In this document: piece after piece, positions 1 through 10,028 of the stretch
Position numbering within the stretch: the stretch's first letter is position 1
Layout: the number at the start of each line of letters is the position of its first letter
From: a virus
Taxonomy: Duplodnaviria > Heunggongvirae > Uroviricota > Caudoviricetes
Reading direction: 5' to 3' (one strand)
DNA length: 36,344 nucleotides
IMG/VR virus record: IMGVR_UViG_2541047905_000018
Notes under the pieces: generated by a model
What the model was told of the DNA's origin: nothing
The model's database searches: none
The model's input: the letters and a program-made list of their open reading frames with translations, nothing else
Made by a program: the position numbers and the translations under genes

Positions 1-221
1 ACCCGCAAACCACACTTCCCTTTAAAACGCGTAACATACATTGCCTGCGTTTAACTTTCTTTGAACTCTTGCAGAAAAATGAGAATTCGTGAGTACGATC
101 ACTCAAAATCGCCTGGCAAAAATAAAATCACCCTATAGATGCACAAAAAACGGGCAAAACTACCTGGTTCGCAAAACTGCGTCTAAAGTTAAACCGGGAC
201 CTCGCGAGCAAGGGTGAGACG

Positions 222-290
222 ATGGCGCTTTACACAATTGGTGAAGTGGCGTTGCTTTGTGATATTAATCCTGTCACGTTACGCGCGTGA
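222..290 (+). pseudogene. mlrA: 5' fragment of host MerR-family regulator mlrA (yehV), truncated by prophage insertion
   Basis: ATG at 222 translates to MALYTIGEVALLCDINPVTLRA, which I recognise as the MlrA N-terminus. The expected continuation (WQRRYG...) is replaced by TGA at 288-290 followed by unrelated AT-rich DNA. mlrA/yehV is a known lambdoid and Stx1 phage integration site. Confidence 0.75.
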
Positions 291-405
291 CGCAACATTT
301 TTAAAAATCGACGAAGATCGTCCAGGAGCGCCATTTTTCAAGGGTTGGACAGATGATTCGTTTTCGATGTCGACGAACTTCGACGGATTTCGCCGATAAA
401 AAGTG

Positions 406-436
406 TCCCATACATGCCCCATAGATGCCCCATAGG
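406..436. repeat. three tandem ~11-bp repeats (tCCCATACATG / CCCCATAGATG / CCCCATAGG) about 120 bp inside the prophage end
   Basis: Direct reading of the sequence. The position next to the att junction suggests integrase arm-type binding sites, which is inference only. Confidence 0.35.
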
Positions 437-448
437 CAATATTACCAA

Positions 449-477
449 TTGACACTGGTTATCCACACAGCTAAAAA
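449..477 (+). promoter_or_regulatory. sigma70-like promoter for the dinI-like gene (TTGACA-17 nt-TAAAAA)
   Basis: TTGACA at 449-454, a 17-nt spacer and TAAAAA(T) at 472-477, about 40 nt upstream of the ATG at 515. Confidence 0.5.
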
Positions 478-483
478 TAACAC

Positions 484-499
484 CTGTACATAACTACAG
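484..499. promoter_or_regulatory. LexA (SOS) box CTGT-N8-ACAG
   Basis: CTGTACATAACTACAG matches the CTGT(N8)ACAG consensus. It lies just downstream of the -10 element of the dinI-like promoter. Confidence 0.75.
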
Positions 500-514
500 T
501 TACAGGAGGGGGTT

Positions 515-763
515 ATGCGTGTTGAGATCTGTATCGCTAAAGAAAAAATCAGCAAAATGCCGAAAGGTTCTGTTCCTGCTCTGCAGCAAGAAATGCTGCG
601 CCGCATAGGTAAGCGATATGACGATGCAGATGTGATCGTTAAATCTGCCAGCAATGATGGACTCACCATTTTAAGAGCCGTCGATAAAGAATCAGCACTG
701 GAGTTCGTACAGGAAACACTACAGGAAGTCTGGCAAACCGCGGACGACTGGTTTATGCAATAA
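515..763 (+). CDS. dinI: DinI-family DNA-damage-inducible protein (prophage moron)
   Basis: 82 aa. It aligns by eye with E. coli DinI ([11 protein letters not shown]..., C-terminal [15 protein letters not shown] versus DinI ILQETWESADDWF). A strong SD (AGGAGGGGG) precedes the ATG. Confidence 0.85.
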   Translation: MRVEICIAKEKISKMPKGSVPALQQEMLRRIGKRYDDADVIVKSASNDGLTILRAVDKESALEFVQETLQEVWQTADDWFMQ

Positions 764-854
764 CGGGATCATAATCACTGTAATGACCTGTTTTGTATGA
801 CATTCTTAAAAGGCATAACAACGAGCTTGTCGTTTCAAGCGACTTCTTCTGGTT

Positions 855-881
855 GGGGAGCCTGAGTGCTCCCCTTTTTTT
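855..881 (+). terminator. rho-independent terminator downstream of the dinI-like gene
   Basis: GGGGAGC-ctgagt-GCTCCCC followed by T7. Confidence 0.6.
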
Positions 882-1177
882 CAGCTAAAAATCAGCATAC
901 AGCCATACAATCCCGCACAGGCCACCACCGGCACCACAAAATCCATCAGACTGGCCACATTCCACACACGCGGATCAAAACCGCCCCACCACGGCATGTT
1001 CTGTCTGTGACCATCACCAAAACGCTTAATCCAGCGATATTCTGCCTGGGTATGTTCTCGGGCAATAAAGAACGTACAACCCGCTATCGCTCCGTAAACC
1101 CAGTCACCGGTAATGCACCCGACCAGCCCCTGCACGGCTACTGCACAAATTGCATGAAGTATCGGCGTGATATCCAT
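881..1177 (-). CDS. hypothetical small membrane protein (hydrophobic, about 3 predicted TM segments)
   Basis: 98-aa ORF. AGGGGAG lies 4 nt upstream of the ATG, immediately after the stop of the upstream gene. The hydrophobic composition suggests a membrane protein. I do not recognise a family. Confidence 0.55.
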   Translation of the reverse strand: MDITPILHAICAVAVQGLVGCITGDWVYGAIAGCTFFIAREHTQAEYRWIKRFGDGHRQNMPWWGGFDPRVWNVASLMDFVVPVVACAGLYGCMLIFS

Positions 1178-1186
1178 CTGCTCCCC

Positions 1187-1465
1187 TTAAAACCACTCCC
1201 TGAGCGGGCGCTCTGGTGTAACCACCCACTCACGGAACACGGATTCATCAAAGCCATCGTCAAGAAGACGAATATTAACAAAGTACCCTTCGTCTCGCGT
1301 GTATTCAGGCTCCCCGTCAGCAGAAACACCTGACTCACTGAACGTAAAACCAATCTCATCAACCAGAATGGCATTCTGCAGCTCTTCGTCCTCTTCCCAG
1401 TTAAGTTTCCTGAGAAATGCCCTGAAATCTGCTTTATCACTGAAACGCAACGTGAAATCTCTCAC
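1187..1465 (-). CDS. hypothetical protein downstream of the tail fibre gene
   Basis: 92-aa acidic ORF. Its GTG start overlaps the tail-fibre stop (GTGA), which suggests translational coupling. Function unknown. Confidence 0.55.
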   Translation of the reverse strand: MRDFTLRFSDKADFRAFLRKLNWEEDEELQNAILVDEIGFTFSESGVSADGEPEYTRDEGYFVNIRLLDDGFDESVFREWVVTPERPLREWF

Positions 1466-3525
1466 TCCACAACCTCCCCAAGCTGCGCATCTGTTAGCTC
1501 TTTATGCCAGAGACGAAAATTCCTCACATGCCCAAATAAATGGCGTAATCCTGCTGTAGTTTGTCCACCAATGCGAATGGTTGCTGTACTCCGGATATAT
1601 TCCCATGTGGTTTTTGTTTCGCTGGATATACGCCCGTTACTTACTGCACATGTAGACTGATCTGACTTTACACGCATCCCCATAACCATTTTTTTCAACG
1701 ATGCGTTTTCGTTAACACGCCTATTTGATCCACCAATATCGCAATAAGGAAATCCGTCTGGCCCATCTGCCGAAGATCCGAAGCCAAGAATAATAGCCGC
1801 TCCGGTTTGATGACCGCCGGTATCAAAAACACGTGGCGCTGCATTTGGCGTTTTATACCAGTTCTTATGTACCTCACAAAGAACCGTAAAAGGAAGATTA
1901 TAAAGATTATTCTTAATCGGAACTGTAACCATATCGCTTGCGCGCGTCGCCGCCGTCGTTCCTGATATAATAAAAGATGATACACACGAACCATCCTCAA
2001 CCTGAGGGGTGGCCAGATAAATATAGTCACCAGATTCAACGACACCACCTTTTTTTGGTGCGTATTGTATTGCAGAGGTTATGTAAGTTTCTTTACTTGC
2101 TTGAATCGTTGCCTCTACAAAAATCCAGCCCGTAGCTTCATCTTTGTTAACTCGTGCGGTGAGCCTGTCGGCAGCTACACCGGTGATTTCAACCAATAAA
2201 GACCGCGTATTAACAATGGCATATCCAAGATTAGATGAAGCGCTGCCATCGAAGGCTTCAAACCTGATCCTTAACAGGAGTTCCAAATCCGTTTTAAATC
2301 TGCACGATGTCGTCACACACTTATTATCGCCTGATACATCGACAGCCCCCGAGGTTGAAACTACTGCCATATTAAGGGTTGTACTTTGCCCAATTAATGA
2401 TTCATTACAAACAAACTTTCCATAAGTAAAACCAAAACTATCAGTTCCAACCTCAGCGACATTCATATTTGCAGATTTACCCCAAGAAGCTGGAGTTGCT
2501 GAATTCAACATGTAGTTGGTTCGCTGACCTTCAATCAATAAACCTTCTTTTTCAAATCGTGGCTCATTAATTTCCGCCGTTTTCAGTTCGCCAGATTTGT
2601 TGATATATGTTGCCGTTGATGCGCGACTGAAATTAACCTGTTTATCACTGGCAACCTGAACCACATTATCACCAATCTTCACTTTTTTATAACCCGGAGA
2701 ATAGCCCGTAATCATATCCAGCGAATCATTAAAGGGTATCCACACATCCGGCAGCGGCTGTAAAACATATCTGTACGGCTCTGCTGTCTGGTTTGCGTAT
2801 TCTCTGGCAGCATCTTCACTTGCTTTTGCTGCCGTCTGGCTTGCTGCCGATGCTTTCGCCGAGTTCGCCGCCGCTGTTTCGCTCACCTTTGCGTTGGCTT
2901 CACTGTCTTTGGCATTCGTCTCACTGGTTTTCGCTGCCGTCTGGCTGGATTTTGCGTTTTTTTCGCTGGCCTTTGTGGCTGTCTCGCTATTTTTCGCGCT
3001 GGTTTCTGATTTTTTGGCTGCTGTCGCGGAGTTTGCCGATGCAGTCTGCGAGGCCGCTGCCGCCTGTGCGCTGTTAGCTGCATTCGTTTCTGAGGTTTTC
3101 GCCGCATTCTTCGATGAGGCTGCTGCCGTTTCGGATTTCTTTGCCGCCGCTGCACTCTGTGATGACGCTCCGGCATGACGTGCCACTTCATTCACCATCA
3201 GCTCAAAACGGCGCAGTGCCTCCGGACGAACATCATCCTCCGTCATGGCGCCGAGAAAATCATTCAGCGTACCTGGTCTGGAACCTTCATAGACGGTAAT
3301 GGTCCCGGCATGTGAAGGCGGAAAACCTTCAACCAGCAGGGTGACGCTGTACTGGCCATACTCAACATCCATGCTGTAACGCCCGGCTTCATCCGGATTT
3401 TCAGAGGCCACCGTGTTCACCACCACCGTGCTGCTGGTCCGTCTGGCCTTCAGCACAATGGTGCAGTTCTGTACTGGTTTTCCTGTGCCATCTTTCAGCA
3501 CACCTGAGATTTTTACTGCTGCCAT
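1462..3525 (-). CDS. side tail fibre protein
   Basis: The N-terminus MAAVKISGVLKDGTGKPVQNCTIVLKARRTS... is the prophage tail-fibre N-terminal domain. A long Ala/Ser/Thr/Lys-rich repeat region follows (SETAA.. / AKTSETNA..), then a C-terminal jelly-roll-like region. I chose the ATG at 3525, which has GGAG 5 nt upstream, rather than the GTG at 3531. Confidence 0.85.
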   Translation of the reverse strand: MAAVKISGVLKDGTGKPVQNCTIVLKARRTSSTVVVNTVASENPDEAGRYSMDVEYGQYSVTLLVEGFPPSHAGTITVYEGSRPGTLNDFLGAMTEDDVRPEALRRFELMVNEVARHAGASSQSAAAAKKSETAAASSKNAAKTSETNAANSAQAAAASQTASANSATAAKKSETSAKNSETATKASEKNAKSSQTAAKTSETNAKDSEANAKVSETAAANSAKASAASQTAAKASEDAAREYANQTAEPYRYVLQPLPDVWIPFNDSLDMITGYSPGYKKVKIGDNVVQVASDKQVNFSRASTATYINKSGELKTAEINEPRFEKEGLLIEGQRTNYMLNSATPASWGKSANMNVAEVGTDSFGFTYGKFVCNESLIGQSTTLNMAVVSTSGAVDVSGDNKCVTTSCRFKTDLELLLRIRFEAFDGSASSNLGYAIVNTRSLLVEITGVAADRLTARVNKDEATGWIFVEATIQASKETYITSAIQYAPKKGGVVESGDYIYLATPQVEDGSCVSSFIISGTTAATRASDMVTVPIKNNLYNLPFTVLCEVHKNWYKTPNAAPRVFDTGGHQTGAAIILGFGSSADGPDGFPYCDIGGSNRRVNENASLKKMVMGMRVKSDQSTCAVSNGRISSETKTTWEYIRSTATIRIGGQTTAGLRHLFGHVRNFRLWHKELTDAQLGEVVE

Positions 3526-3536
3526 ATCCACTCCAT

Positions 3537-3563
3537 AAAAAAGCCCGCCTGAACCGGCGGGCT
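3537..3563 (-). terminator. rho-independent terminator after lom
   Basis: The minus strand reads GCCCGCC-ggttca-GGCGGGC followed by T6. Confidence 0.6.
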
Positions 3564-3589
3564 GTCATAACACTGTGTTACCTGGCTAA

Positions 3590-4189
3590 TCAGAACTTAT
3601 AACCGACACCCACGATGAAACTGTTGGTACGCCAGTCACCGCTGCCGGAGCCTTCATAAGCGACATCAATGGCCACGGATTCGGTCGGGTTAAACTGCAC
3701 GCCAGCTCCCCACGCCAGAGACGTGTTGCTGTGGCGACCGTCATCACTTCCGGTCAGCACATCGTGCTTTTTCCCCTTGTTGTCAGTTACGCGGAGATAA
3801 TCCCCGGAGAAAGTCGACACACGGCTGTAAGCCACACCCACCATCGCATACGCGCTGAACCATTCATTCACGCGTACAGACGGCCCCGCCATCACGCTGA
3901 ACCAGCGGTTACGCACGGAATCTTCATGCCAGCGGGTATCGCTGTAGTGCGTTTTTTGCTCATCCTCAGCATTGGCATAACTGAAGGACGTAATCAGCCC
4001 CAGCGCGTCCGTAAACTCATAACGGTATTTCACGTTAATCCCGTTCAGATTATCGCTGCCGGGAGCGTTCGTACGGGCATGAAGATACCCCGCGCTCAGT
4101 GTGGACTGATGTTCAGACGCCCATGCAGGCGCACCGGATACGGACAGACAGATGGCTGCGGACAAAATGGCTGCACATAATTTACGCAT
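3590..4189 (-). CDS. lom: Lom/Ail/OmpX-family outer membrane protein
   Basis: 199 aa with a signal peptide (MRKLCAAILSAAICLSVSGAPAWA) and beta-barrel strands ending ...GVGYKF. Same position as lambda lom, after J. Confidence 0.9.
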   Translation of the reverse strand: MRKLCAAILSAAICLSVSGAPAWASEHQSTLSAGYLHARTNAPGSDNLNGINVKYRYEFTDALGLITSFSYANAEDEQKTHYSDTRWHEDSVRNRWFSVMAGPSVRVNEWFSAYAMVGVAYSRVSTFSGDYLRVTDNKGKKHDVLTGSDDGRHSNTSLAWGAGVQFNPTESVAIDVAYEGSGSGDWRTNSFIVGVGYKF

Positions 4190-4213
4190 AATTACCTCTC
4201 GCTTTTCTGCAAT

Positions 4214-4237
4214 AAAAAAGGCGCCATTTCTGGCGCC
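4214..4237 (-). terminator. rho-independent terminator after J
   Basis: The minus strand reads GGCGCCA-gaaa-TGGCGCC followed by T6. Confidence 0.6.
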
Positions 4238-4256
4238 CGTATATGGGTTATAAAAT

Positions 4257-7200
4257 TCAGCTAATCGTGATGCCTGCAGTGGCTTTCTTCATCACAACAA
4301 CCAGCAAATCGCTGATACTTGCTGTGGGATACCAGCCATTTACCCACCATGCTGATACAGAAAACTCCAGCGTCATGTCGCCGCGACCAGCAGGCATATT
4401 AATAACACCACTGTAAACCAGCGTATTATCCAGCGCGGTACGGTTATAAATTTCAGCACCGTTTTTCTTCACTATCAGGCGGCATGACGAATAAGTATCG
4501 CTGTTCTCCTGCTCATGTCTGGCACCGCTGAAAGCCACCGCCGGAATAACAATCTGCCGGTTAAACGGCTGATCGTCATAAACCCTGACGGTAATGGTTC
4601 CTGATGGCCAACGCTTCGGTGCACGGGAGTCACGAGGGAAAGCCTTACCCACTGTTTTAACGAGATCGCCTTCAATCTGGTTTGCAGACAGTTTCCCTCT
4701 GATGACACAGTTCTCGTTAATGGTGACATTATTGAGCGTGCCGGTATTCGCCGTGATGGCTCCACTGATATCCGCATTGCGGGCTGTCAGCCTGCCATCC
4801 GGCGTCAGGGAAAACGTCGGAGGATTGCCGGATGACGTGATGCTCACCGCAAACAGTCGCTTCAGGAACACGTCGTTCATGAACAGCTGATTCCCCTGCG
4901 CCACAAATAACGGCGTGGTGTTACCGTTCTCCGGGGTAATCATCGCAATGCGATCGGCCTGCAGCAGAATGTTACTCAGCGTCTGACCATCAACATCCTC
5001 AATCCCCGCGCCAATCCCGGCCACATAGGGAATACCGTTTTTTGTTTTCTGCACCTTCAGCATATACATGGCATTCAGCTCATTGCGCGTGTCTGACTGA
5101 ACCCGCTGGATTTGCTGTATGGTCACGGCCTGGTCACCCAGCTTTTTATCCGTGGTCGAGGTAATTTCACTCCCTTTTTTATCCACGTACTGGCGGACCT
5201 GTGCTATCTGTCGGGCGTTTTCTGACTGCCCCTGGCTGACAGTCTGTGAGATTTCACTGCTCACCCGGTCCACTTTCTGGCTCACCTGCGCGATGGCCAG
5301 TGTCTGGTCCTCATTCTTTTTCGCAACCAGCTGCGTGAGGCTGTTTTCCGCCTTCCCGATTTTCCGGGTCACTTCTGCGATATCCGTGTCCATCCGCTGA
5401 CGGATATCTTCTTCCAGTTGCGTGACCTCCGTACGCAGCGCTGAAGCATCAATGCGCTCTTTCAGTGCCTGACCCAGAAGCGTCTCATCTATCAGCCCCC
5501 GGAAAATTTCCAGATACCCTTCACCATCATTGCTGGGCTGCCCGCTGGCTTCCACAAAAGCAGATTTTCCCACCAGGTTGACGCTTCGCACGTAAAACCA
5601 GAAATCCGTCCCCGGCTTAATCCGGCTCCCCTGGACAGTCCACTGACTGCCGGTCCCCAGATAACGGGCAGATTTTTCCACCTGTGCTGTGTTCGTGATG
5701 CGTTTTTCTGAGAACCAGAATTCAAACTGTACCGTCGGGTCATACACCGCAAGACGCGGGACCGCCGTTATCTGAAAATACCCCGGCGTCAGCTCAATGG
5801 TGGCGGGTTTTGCAGGTGCGTTAATCCGGAACGATACCGACGCCGGATCGCCCTGCTGTCCCCGGGCATTTACCGCCCGGACCGTCAGCGTGTAACGCCC
5901 CAGCGGCAGGCCGCTGAAACGGTGCTCCGTGTCTGCGGTGATGGCGGTGGTCACCAGTCTGGCATCCGTTCCCTTACCACTGGTCAGGCGCAGACTGAAG
6001 CGCACGCCCTTCACCACCTTCGGCGTGTCCCAGCGCGCCAGCACCTGATATTCCCCGCTGTCTGCGGTGACTTCGGCGGTCAGGTGCTGCACCGCTGGCG
6101 GCGTGACACCATTCACCGTGCCGCTCTGGTCGCCGTCAAAGTGCGCCCCGTTATCCACGATGGCCTCTTTTGCCGGTACATGCTGCACGGCGGTGATGGC
6201 ATACGTACCGTCGTCATTCTCACGGATATTCACACAGCGGAACAGGCGCTGGCGCAGCGTCGGCAGCTTCAGCCCCCACACGCTGTATTCAGCAACACCG
6301 TCAGGAACACGGCTCACTTTTACCTTCACGCCGTCGGTGACGGACTGAACCTCCACGCTGACCGGATTGCCACTTCCGTCAACCAGGCTTATCAGCGTGG
6401 TACCGGAGGATGGCAGCGTGATTTCACGGTCGAGCGTCAGTGTCCGCGTCTGGCTGTTCACCGCCAGCACGCGCCCGCCGGTGCTGATACCCGCATAGTC
6501 ATCATCACAGATTTCAATAACATCGCCCGGTACATGGCGAAGCCCTTCTGCGCCCACGCTGAAGTCCACGGTCTGCGTTTCCAGCAGCTCCGTTTTAATC
6601 AGCCACAGCCCGGCGCGGTGTGCCTGCCCCCGGCTGGTACAGCCAAAGGCATCCATCTTCGTGACGTTACGACCGTAACGGGCAATGGCCTGCGTATCTT
6701 CAACAAGCTCTGTCGCCGTCTCCCAGCCGTTATCCGGGTCAATCCAGTTCACCTCAACGGCATTATGGCGGTCCTTCAGGGCGCTGAAGCTGTAGCGGAA
6801 CGGCGCGCCATCATCCGGCATCACCACATTACTGCGGTTATAGGTCCACACCTTATCTGATGGCCGGTCCTGCACGAACGTCAGCGTCTGCCCGTTCCAT
6901 ACCGGCATACAGCGCATCGCCGAGCAGAAATCACTGAGCACATCCCACGCCTTGCGCTGTGTGGTCAGGTACGCATTACAGGTGATGCGCGGCTCCGTGC
7001 CGCCAAAGCCGTCCGGCACTGACTGGTCGCAGTACTGGCCGATGACATACAGCGCCCATTTGTCCACATCCGCCGCACCAAGACGTTTCCCCATGCCGTA
7101 GCGTGGATGGGTCAGCATATCCCACAGACACCAGGCCATGTTATTGCTGTATGCTGGCTTAAACGTTCCGTCCCAGATACCGCTGTATTGCCGAGTCTGC

Positions 7201-7952
7201 GGGTTATAGTTCGACGGCACCTGCAGAATGCGCCCGCGCAGATGATAATTACGGCTCACCTGCTGGCTGCCGAACTGCTCCGAATCCACCTGTACGCCGA
7301 CCAGTGCCGTGTTCGGGTAGCACTGTTTCACATCGATGATTTCGGTGTATGACGACCAGAGCGTTTTGTTCTGCAGCTGGTCTGTGGTGCTGTCCGGCGT
7401 CATCCTGCGCATCCGGATATTGAACGGACGCGGCGGCAGGTCACCCACCACCACCGATGCCAGATACTGTGAGGTGGTTTTGCCTTTAATGGTGATGTCT
7501 TTTTCCGTCACCCAGCCACCATTACGCTGTATCTGAACCAGCAGGCGGACTTCCGACGGATTCCGGTCCCCCTTTGAGGTGGTTTCCACCAGTGCCTGCA
7601 CACCGAAGGTAAAGCGCAGACGGTCGATGTTTGCCGACGTGATGGTCCGGGTAATCGGCGTGTCGTACTTCACTTCCGTACCCAGCACCGTCTCGGAGCC
7701 GGAGGATTCAAATCCCTCCGGCGGTGTCTGCTCCTGCTCACCGGCCCGGAACACCACCGTGACGCCGGATATATTGGTATTCCCCTCACTGTCCAGCACC
7801 GGCGTACTGTTCAGCAGCACGCTTTTTAATCCATCCACCGGACCTTCAACCGGCCCTTCGCTGATGGCATCAATCACACTCAGCAGCTGCGTGGACTTCA
7901 GGTTGTCCTTCGCTTCGCGCGGGGTATGCCCCTTACTGCTGCCTTTACCCAT
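4257..7952 (-). CDS. J: host-specificity / central tail fibre protein J
   Basis: 1231 aa. The N-terminal ~800 aa are near-colinear with lambda J ([34 protein letters not shown]...). It is about 100 aa longer than lambda J (1132 aa). Confidence 0.95.
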   Translation of the reverse strand: MGKGSSKGHTPREAKDNLKSTQLLSVIDAISEGPVEGPVDGLKSVLLNSTPVLDSEGNTNISGVTVVFRAGEQEQTPPEGFESSGSETVLGTEVKYDTPITRTITSANIDRLRFTFGVQALVETTSKGDRNPSEVRLLVQIQRNGGWVTEKDITIKGKTTSQYLASVVVGDLPPRPFNIRMRRMTPDSTTDQLQNKTLWSSYTEIIDVKQCYPNTALVGVQVDSEQFGSQQVSRNYHLRGRILQVPSNYNPQTRQYSGIWDGTFKPAYSNNMAWCLWDMLTHPRYGMGKRLGAADVDKWALYVIGQYCDQSVPDGFGGTEPRITCNAYLTTQRKAWDVLSDFCSAMRCMPVWNGQTLTFVQDRPSDKVWTYNRSNVVMPDDGAPFRYSFSALKDRHNAVEVNWIDPDNGWETATELVEDTQAIARYGRNVTKMDAFGCTSRGQAHRAGLWLIKTELLETQTVDFSVGAEGLRHVPGDVIEICDDDYAGISTGGRVLAVNSQTRTLTLDREITLPSSGTTLISLVDGSGNPVSVEVQSVTDGVKVKVSRVPDGVAEYSVWGLKLPTLRQRLFRCVNIRENDDGTYAITAVQHVPAKEAIVDNGAHFDGDQSGTVNGVTPPAVQHLTAEVTADSGEYQVLARWDTPKVVKGVRFSLRLTSGKGTDARLVTTAITADTEHRFSGLPLGRYTLTVRAVNARGQQGDPASVSFRINAPAKPATIELTPGYFQITAVPRLAVYDPTVQFEFWFSEKRITNTAQVEKSARYLGTGSQWTVQGSRIKPGTDFWFYVRSVNLVGKSAFVEASGQPSNDGEGYLEIFRGLIDETLLGQALKERIDASALRTEVTQLEEDIRQRMDTDIAEVTRKIGKAENSLTQLVAKKNEDQTLAIAQVSQKVDRVSSEISQTVSQGQSENARQIAQVRQYVDKKGSEITSTTDKKLGDQAVTIQQIQRVQSDTRNELNAMYMLKVQKTKNGIPYVAGIGAGIEDVDGQTLSNILLQADRIAMITPENGNTTPLFVAQGNQLFMNDVFLKRLFAVSITSSGNPPTFSLTPDGRLTARNADISGAITANTGTLNNVTINENCVIRGKLSANQIEGDLVKTVGKAFPRDSRAPKRWPSGTITVRVYDDQPFNRQIVIPAVAFSGARHEQENSDTYSSCRLIVKKNGAEIYNRTALDNTLVYSGVINMPAGRGDMTLEFSVSAWWVNGWYPTASISDLLVVVMKKATAGITIS

Positions 7953-8012
7953 TCGTCATGCTCCATAAACGATAAAACCGCCCGGAGGCGGTTTCACATA
8001 AAACATTTTGCA

Positions 8013-8684
8013 TCAGCGACCAATCACCACAACCTGACCACCATCCCCTTCGTCTGCCGTGCTGATCTCCTGAGAAACCACGCGTGACCCCACGCGCATT
8101 TCACCGTACAGAACCGGCAGAACATTGCCCTGGGCAACCATGTTATCCAGTGAAGAAAAATAGGTGTTCTGTTTGCCGTTATCCGTTGTCTGTGTGCGGG
8201 GAGTTCTGGCTTTCGGTGCCAGCATCTGCGCCACACCACCGAGCACCATACTGGCACCGAGAGAAAACAGGATGCCGGTCATACCACCGGCCCCAATGGC
8301 TGCCCCCCATGCTGCAAGGGTGGCTCCGGCAGTAAAGAATGATCCGGCAATGGCGGCTGCTCCCAGGACAATCTGGAATACACCACCTGACTTGGCCCCG
8401 GCGACTCTGGGAACAATATGAATCACAGCGCCGTCAGGCAGAGCCTCATGTAACTGCGCCGTTAATCCGGACGTGCTGACATCCTGCCCGGCAATACGCA
8501 CCTGATACCAGCCGTCGCTCAGTTTCTGACGAAACGCCGGGAGCTGTGTGGCCAGCGCCCGGATGGCTTCGGCCCCCGTTTTCACACGAAGGTCGATGCG
8601 GCGGCCAAATCGTTGCAAATCCCCGTAAAGGCAGATGCGTGCCATGCCCGGTGACGCCAGAGGGAGTGTGTGCGTCGCTGCCAT
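8013..8684 (-). CDS. I: tail tip assembly protein I
   Basis: 223 aa. MAATHTLPLASPGMARICLYGDLQRFGRRIDLRVKTGAEAIRAL matches lambda I. Confidence 0.9.
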   Translation of the reverse strand: MAATHTLPLASPGMARICLYGDLQRFGRRIDLRVKTGAEAIRALATQLPAFRQKLSDGWYQVRIAGQDVSTSGLTAQLHEALPDGAVIHIVPRVAGAKSGGVFQIVLGAAAIAGSFFTAGATLAAWGAAIGAGGMTGILFSLGASMVLGGVAQMLAPKARTPRTQTTDNGKQNTYFSSLDNMVAQGNVLPVLYGEMRVGSRVVSQEISTADEGDGGQVVVIGR

Positions 8685-9325
8685 TTGTCGGTATACCTCT
8701 CTCGTTTGCTCAGTTGTTCAGGAATATGGTGCAGCAGCTCGCCATCACCACAGTAAATGGCGGCATGATTCGGCACCGATGAACCAAAACAGCACAGCAG
8801 CACATCGCCCGGTTGTGCTGATGACAACGGCACCTGATACAGCCCTGTGGCCTCCAGATTATCCAGATAGAGATTCTGACCGTGACGCCACCAGTCATCC
8901 TCGCGATGAAAATCCGGCATCTCAATCCCCGCCAGATGATAAGCATCCCGGAACAGCGTGTAACAGTCCGTCACCCCGTGCTCAAAGCGCCGCCCGGTGA
9001 GATGCGGCACACAGCGGAACTTATGAATCGTCCCCCGGCAGACCAGCCACCACGGCAAATCACTCTGCACCTGCAGCCGCCGGTCGGCCTCACTCAGCCA
9101 GGGCGGACCACCGGGGTGGCTGTGGACCAGCGCCACAATCTCACCCTGCATTTCTGCCTGCAGCCAGTCTTCCGGCGACATACGGAAATACGCCTCCGGC
9201 TCACCGGAGATATTCACGCAGGGAAAATATCTTTCCCCCTCCGGCGTTCTCACTACGAAGCCGCACGACTCCGCTGGCGCACATCGCCGGGCGTGCGCCA
9301 GAATCGCTGATTCTGTCTCTGTCAT
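8582..9325 (-). CDS. K: tail tip assembly protein K (MPN/JAB plus NlpC/P60 domains)
   Basis: MTETESAILAHARRCAPAESCGF... matches lambda K and contains the HSHPGG motif. I set the start at the ATG at 9325, 4 nt after the L stop. The 103-nt overlap with I is the same as in lambda. Confidence 0.9.
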   Translation of the reverse strand: MTETESAILAHARRCAPAESCGFVVRTPEGERYFPCVNISGEPEAYFRMSPEDWLQAEMQGEIVALVHSHPGGPPWLSEADRRLQVQSDLPWWLVCRGTIHKFRCVPHLTGRRFEHGVTDCYTLFRDAYHLAGIEMPDFHREDDWWRHGQNLYLDNLEATGLYQVPLSSAQPGDVLLCCFGSSVPNHAAIYCGDGELLHHIPEQLSKRERYTDKWQRRTHSLWRHRAWHASAFTGICNDLAAASTFV

Positions 9326-9329
9326 GGGA

Positions 9330-10028
9330 TTACTGCGAAAGTTTGTTAATAGAAAGGAAGCCGCCAAAGTTGCCGACATTATTGCGAAACTTACAACCAC
9401 TCAGGCATTTGCTGCATTTATCCTTCGTGATATCGGACGTCGGCTGGTCATATTCATCCGCGACCGCCGGACCGTGATAACCGCACTCATCACCGCGATA
9501 GGTCCAGGTGCAGGTGTTGGCCAGCATGGTACGTCCCGGAAAAACAGCACCATCCGTTTCCGTCGGCGTGGACAGTACAAAAGAGGCACTCACCGCGCTC
9601 AGTTCGCTGCACTGCTCGATGCGCCAGCGGCTGATCACCTCCTGCTCCGGATCGGCGTCACTGTTTCCGTTGACGAAGTTCACCGCATCCAGAAAACGGG
9701 CGTAAACCTTACGCCGGACCACCGTTCCGCCGACCAGACTCTGCAGATCTTCCGCCATCCCGGTGACCATGCCGTACAGGTTAGAAACCGTCAGCGTGGG
9801 GCGCGTACTGGTGCCTTTGCCATTCAGTTCGAAACCACTCCCCTGAATGGGATATGCCTGATACTGTCGCCCCTGCCAGGTGACCGGCTCACCTTTTTCG
9901 TTCTGCTCATTACAGAAAAAATAACGTTCTCCACCAACCTCTGTCAGATCGATTTCCCAGAGCACCACGCTGGCAGACTGCTCCGCACGGGTGCATTCAT
10001 TCAGTGTTTCCTGTCGGATATCCTGCAT
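9330..10028 (-). CDS. L: minor tail protein L
   Basis: 232 aa. MQDIRQETLNECTRAEQSASVVLWEIDLTEVGGERYFFCNE... matches lambda L. Confidence 0.95.
   Translation of the reverse strand: MQDIRQETLNECTRAEQSASVVLWEIDLTEVGGERYFFCNEQNEKGEPVTWQGRQYQAYPIQGSGFELNGKGTSTRPTLTVSNLYGMVTGMAEDLQSLVGGTVVRRKVYARFLDAVNFVNGNSDADPEQEVISRWRIEQCSELSAVSASFVLSTPTETDGAVFPGRTMLANTCTWTYRGDECGYHGPAVADEYDQPTSDITKDKCSKCLSGCKFRNNVGNFGGFLSINKLSQ

Noticed and set aside
214-399. 61-aa ORF spanning the host-phage junction
   Set aside because: It is out of frame with the recognisable mlrA start at 222 and crosses the integration junction, so it is an artefact.
2793-3191. Cluster of overlapping ORFs on both strands (94-102 aa), plus DNA-level repetitiveness
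   Set aside because: It falls in the Ala/Ser/Thr/Lys repeat region of the tail fibre gene. Low-complexity codon repeats keep several frames open. It is neither a separate gene nor a CRISPR or VNTR locus.
5922-6860. 312-aa plus-strand ORF (and 6067-6348, 7107-7968) antisense to J
   Set aside because: It lies wholly inside the very well supported J gene on the other strand. It is Arg/His/Gly-rich, typical of antisense translation of GC-rich coding DNA, and has no RBS.
8582-9400. Longer 272-aa version of K, and the long versions of the connector (to 16719), V (to 15079), holin (to 25035), Q (to 26493) and KilA-N (to 28368) ORFs
   Set aside because: The upstream extensions begin at non-ATG codons or overlap the preceding gene. 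Internal ATGs with good SD sequences coincide with the start of homology.
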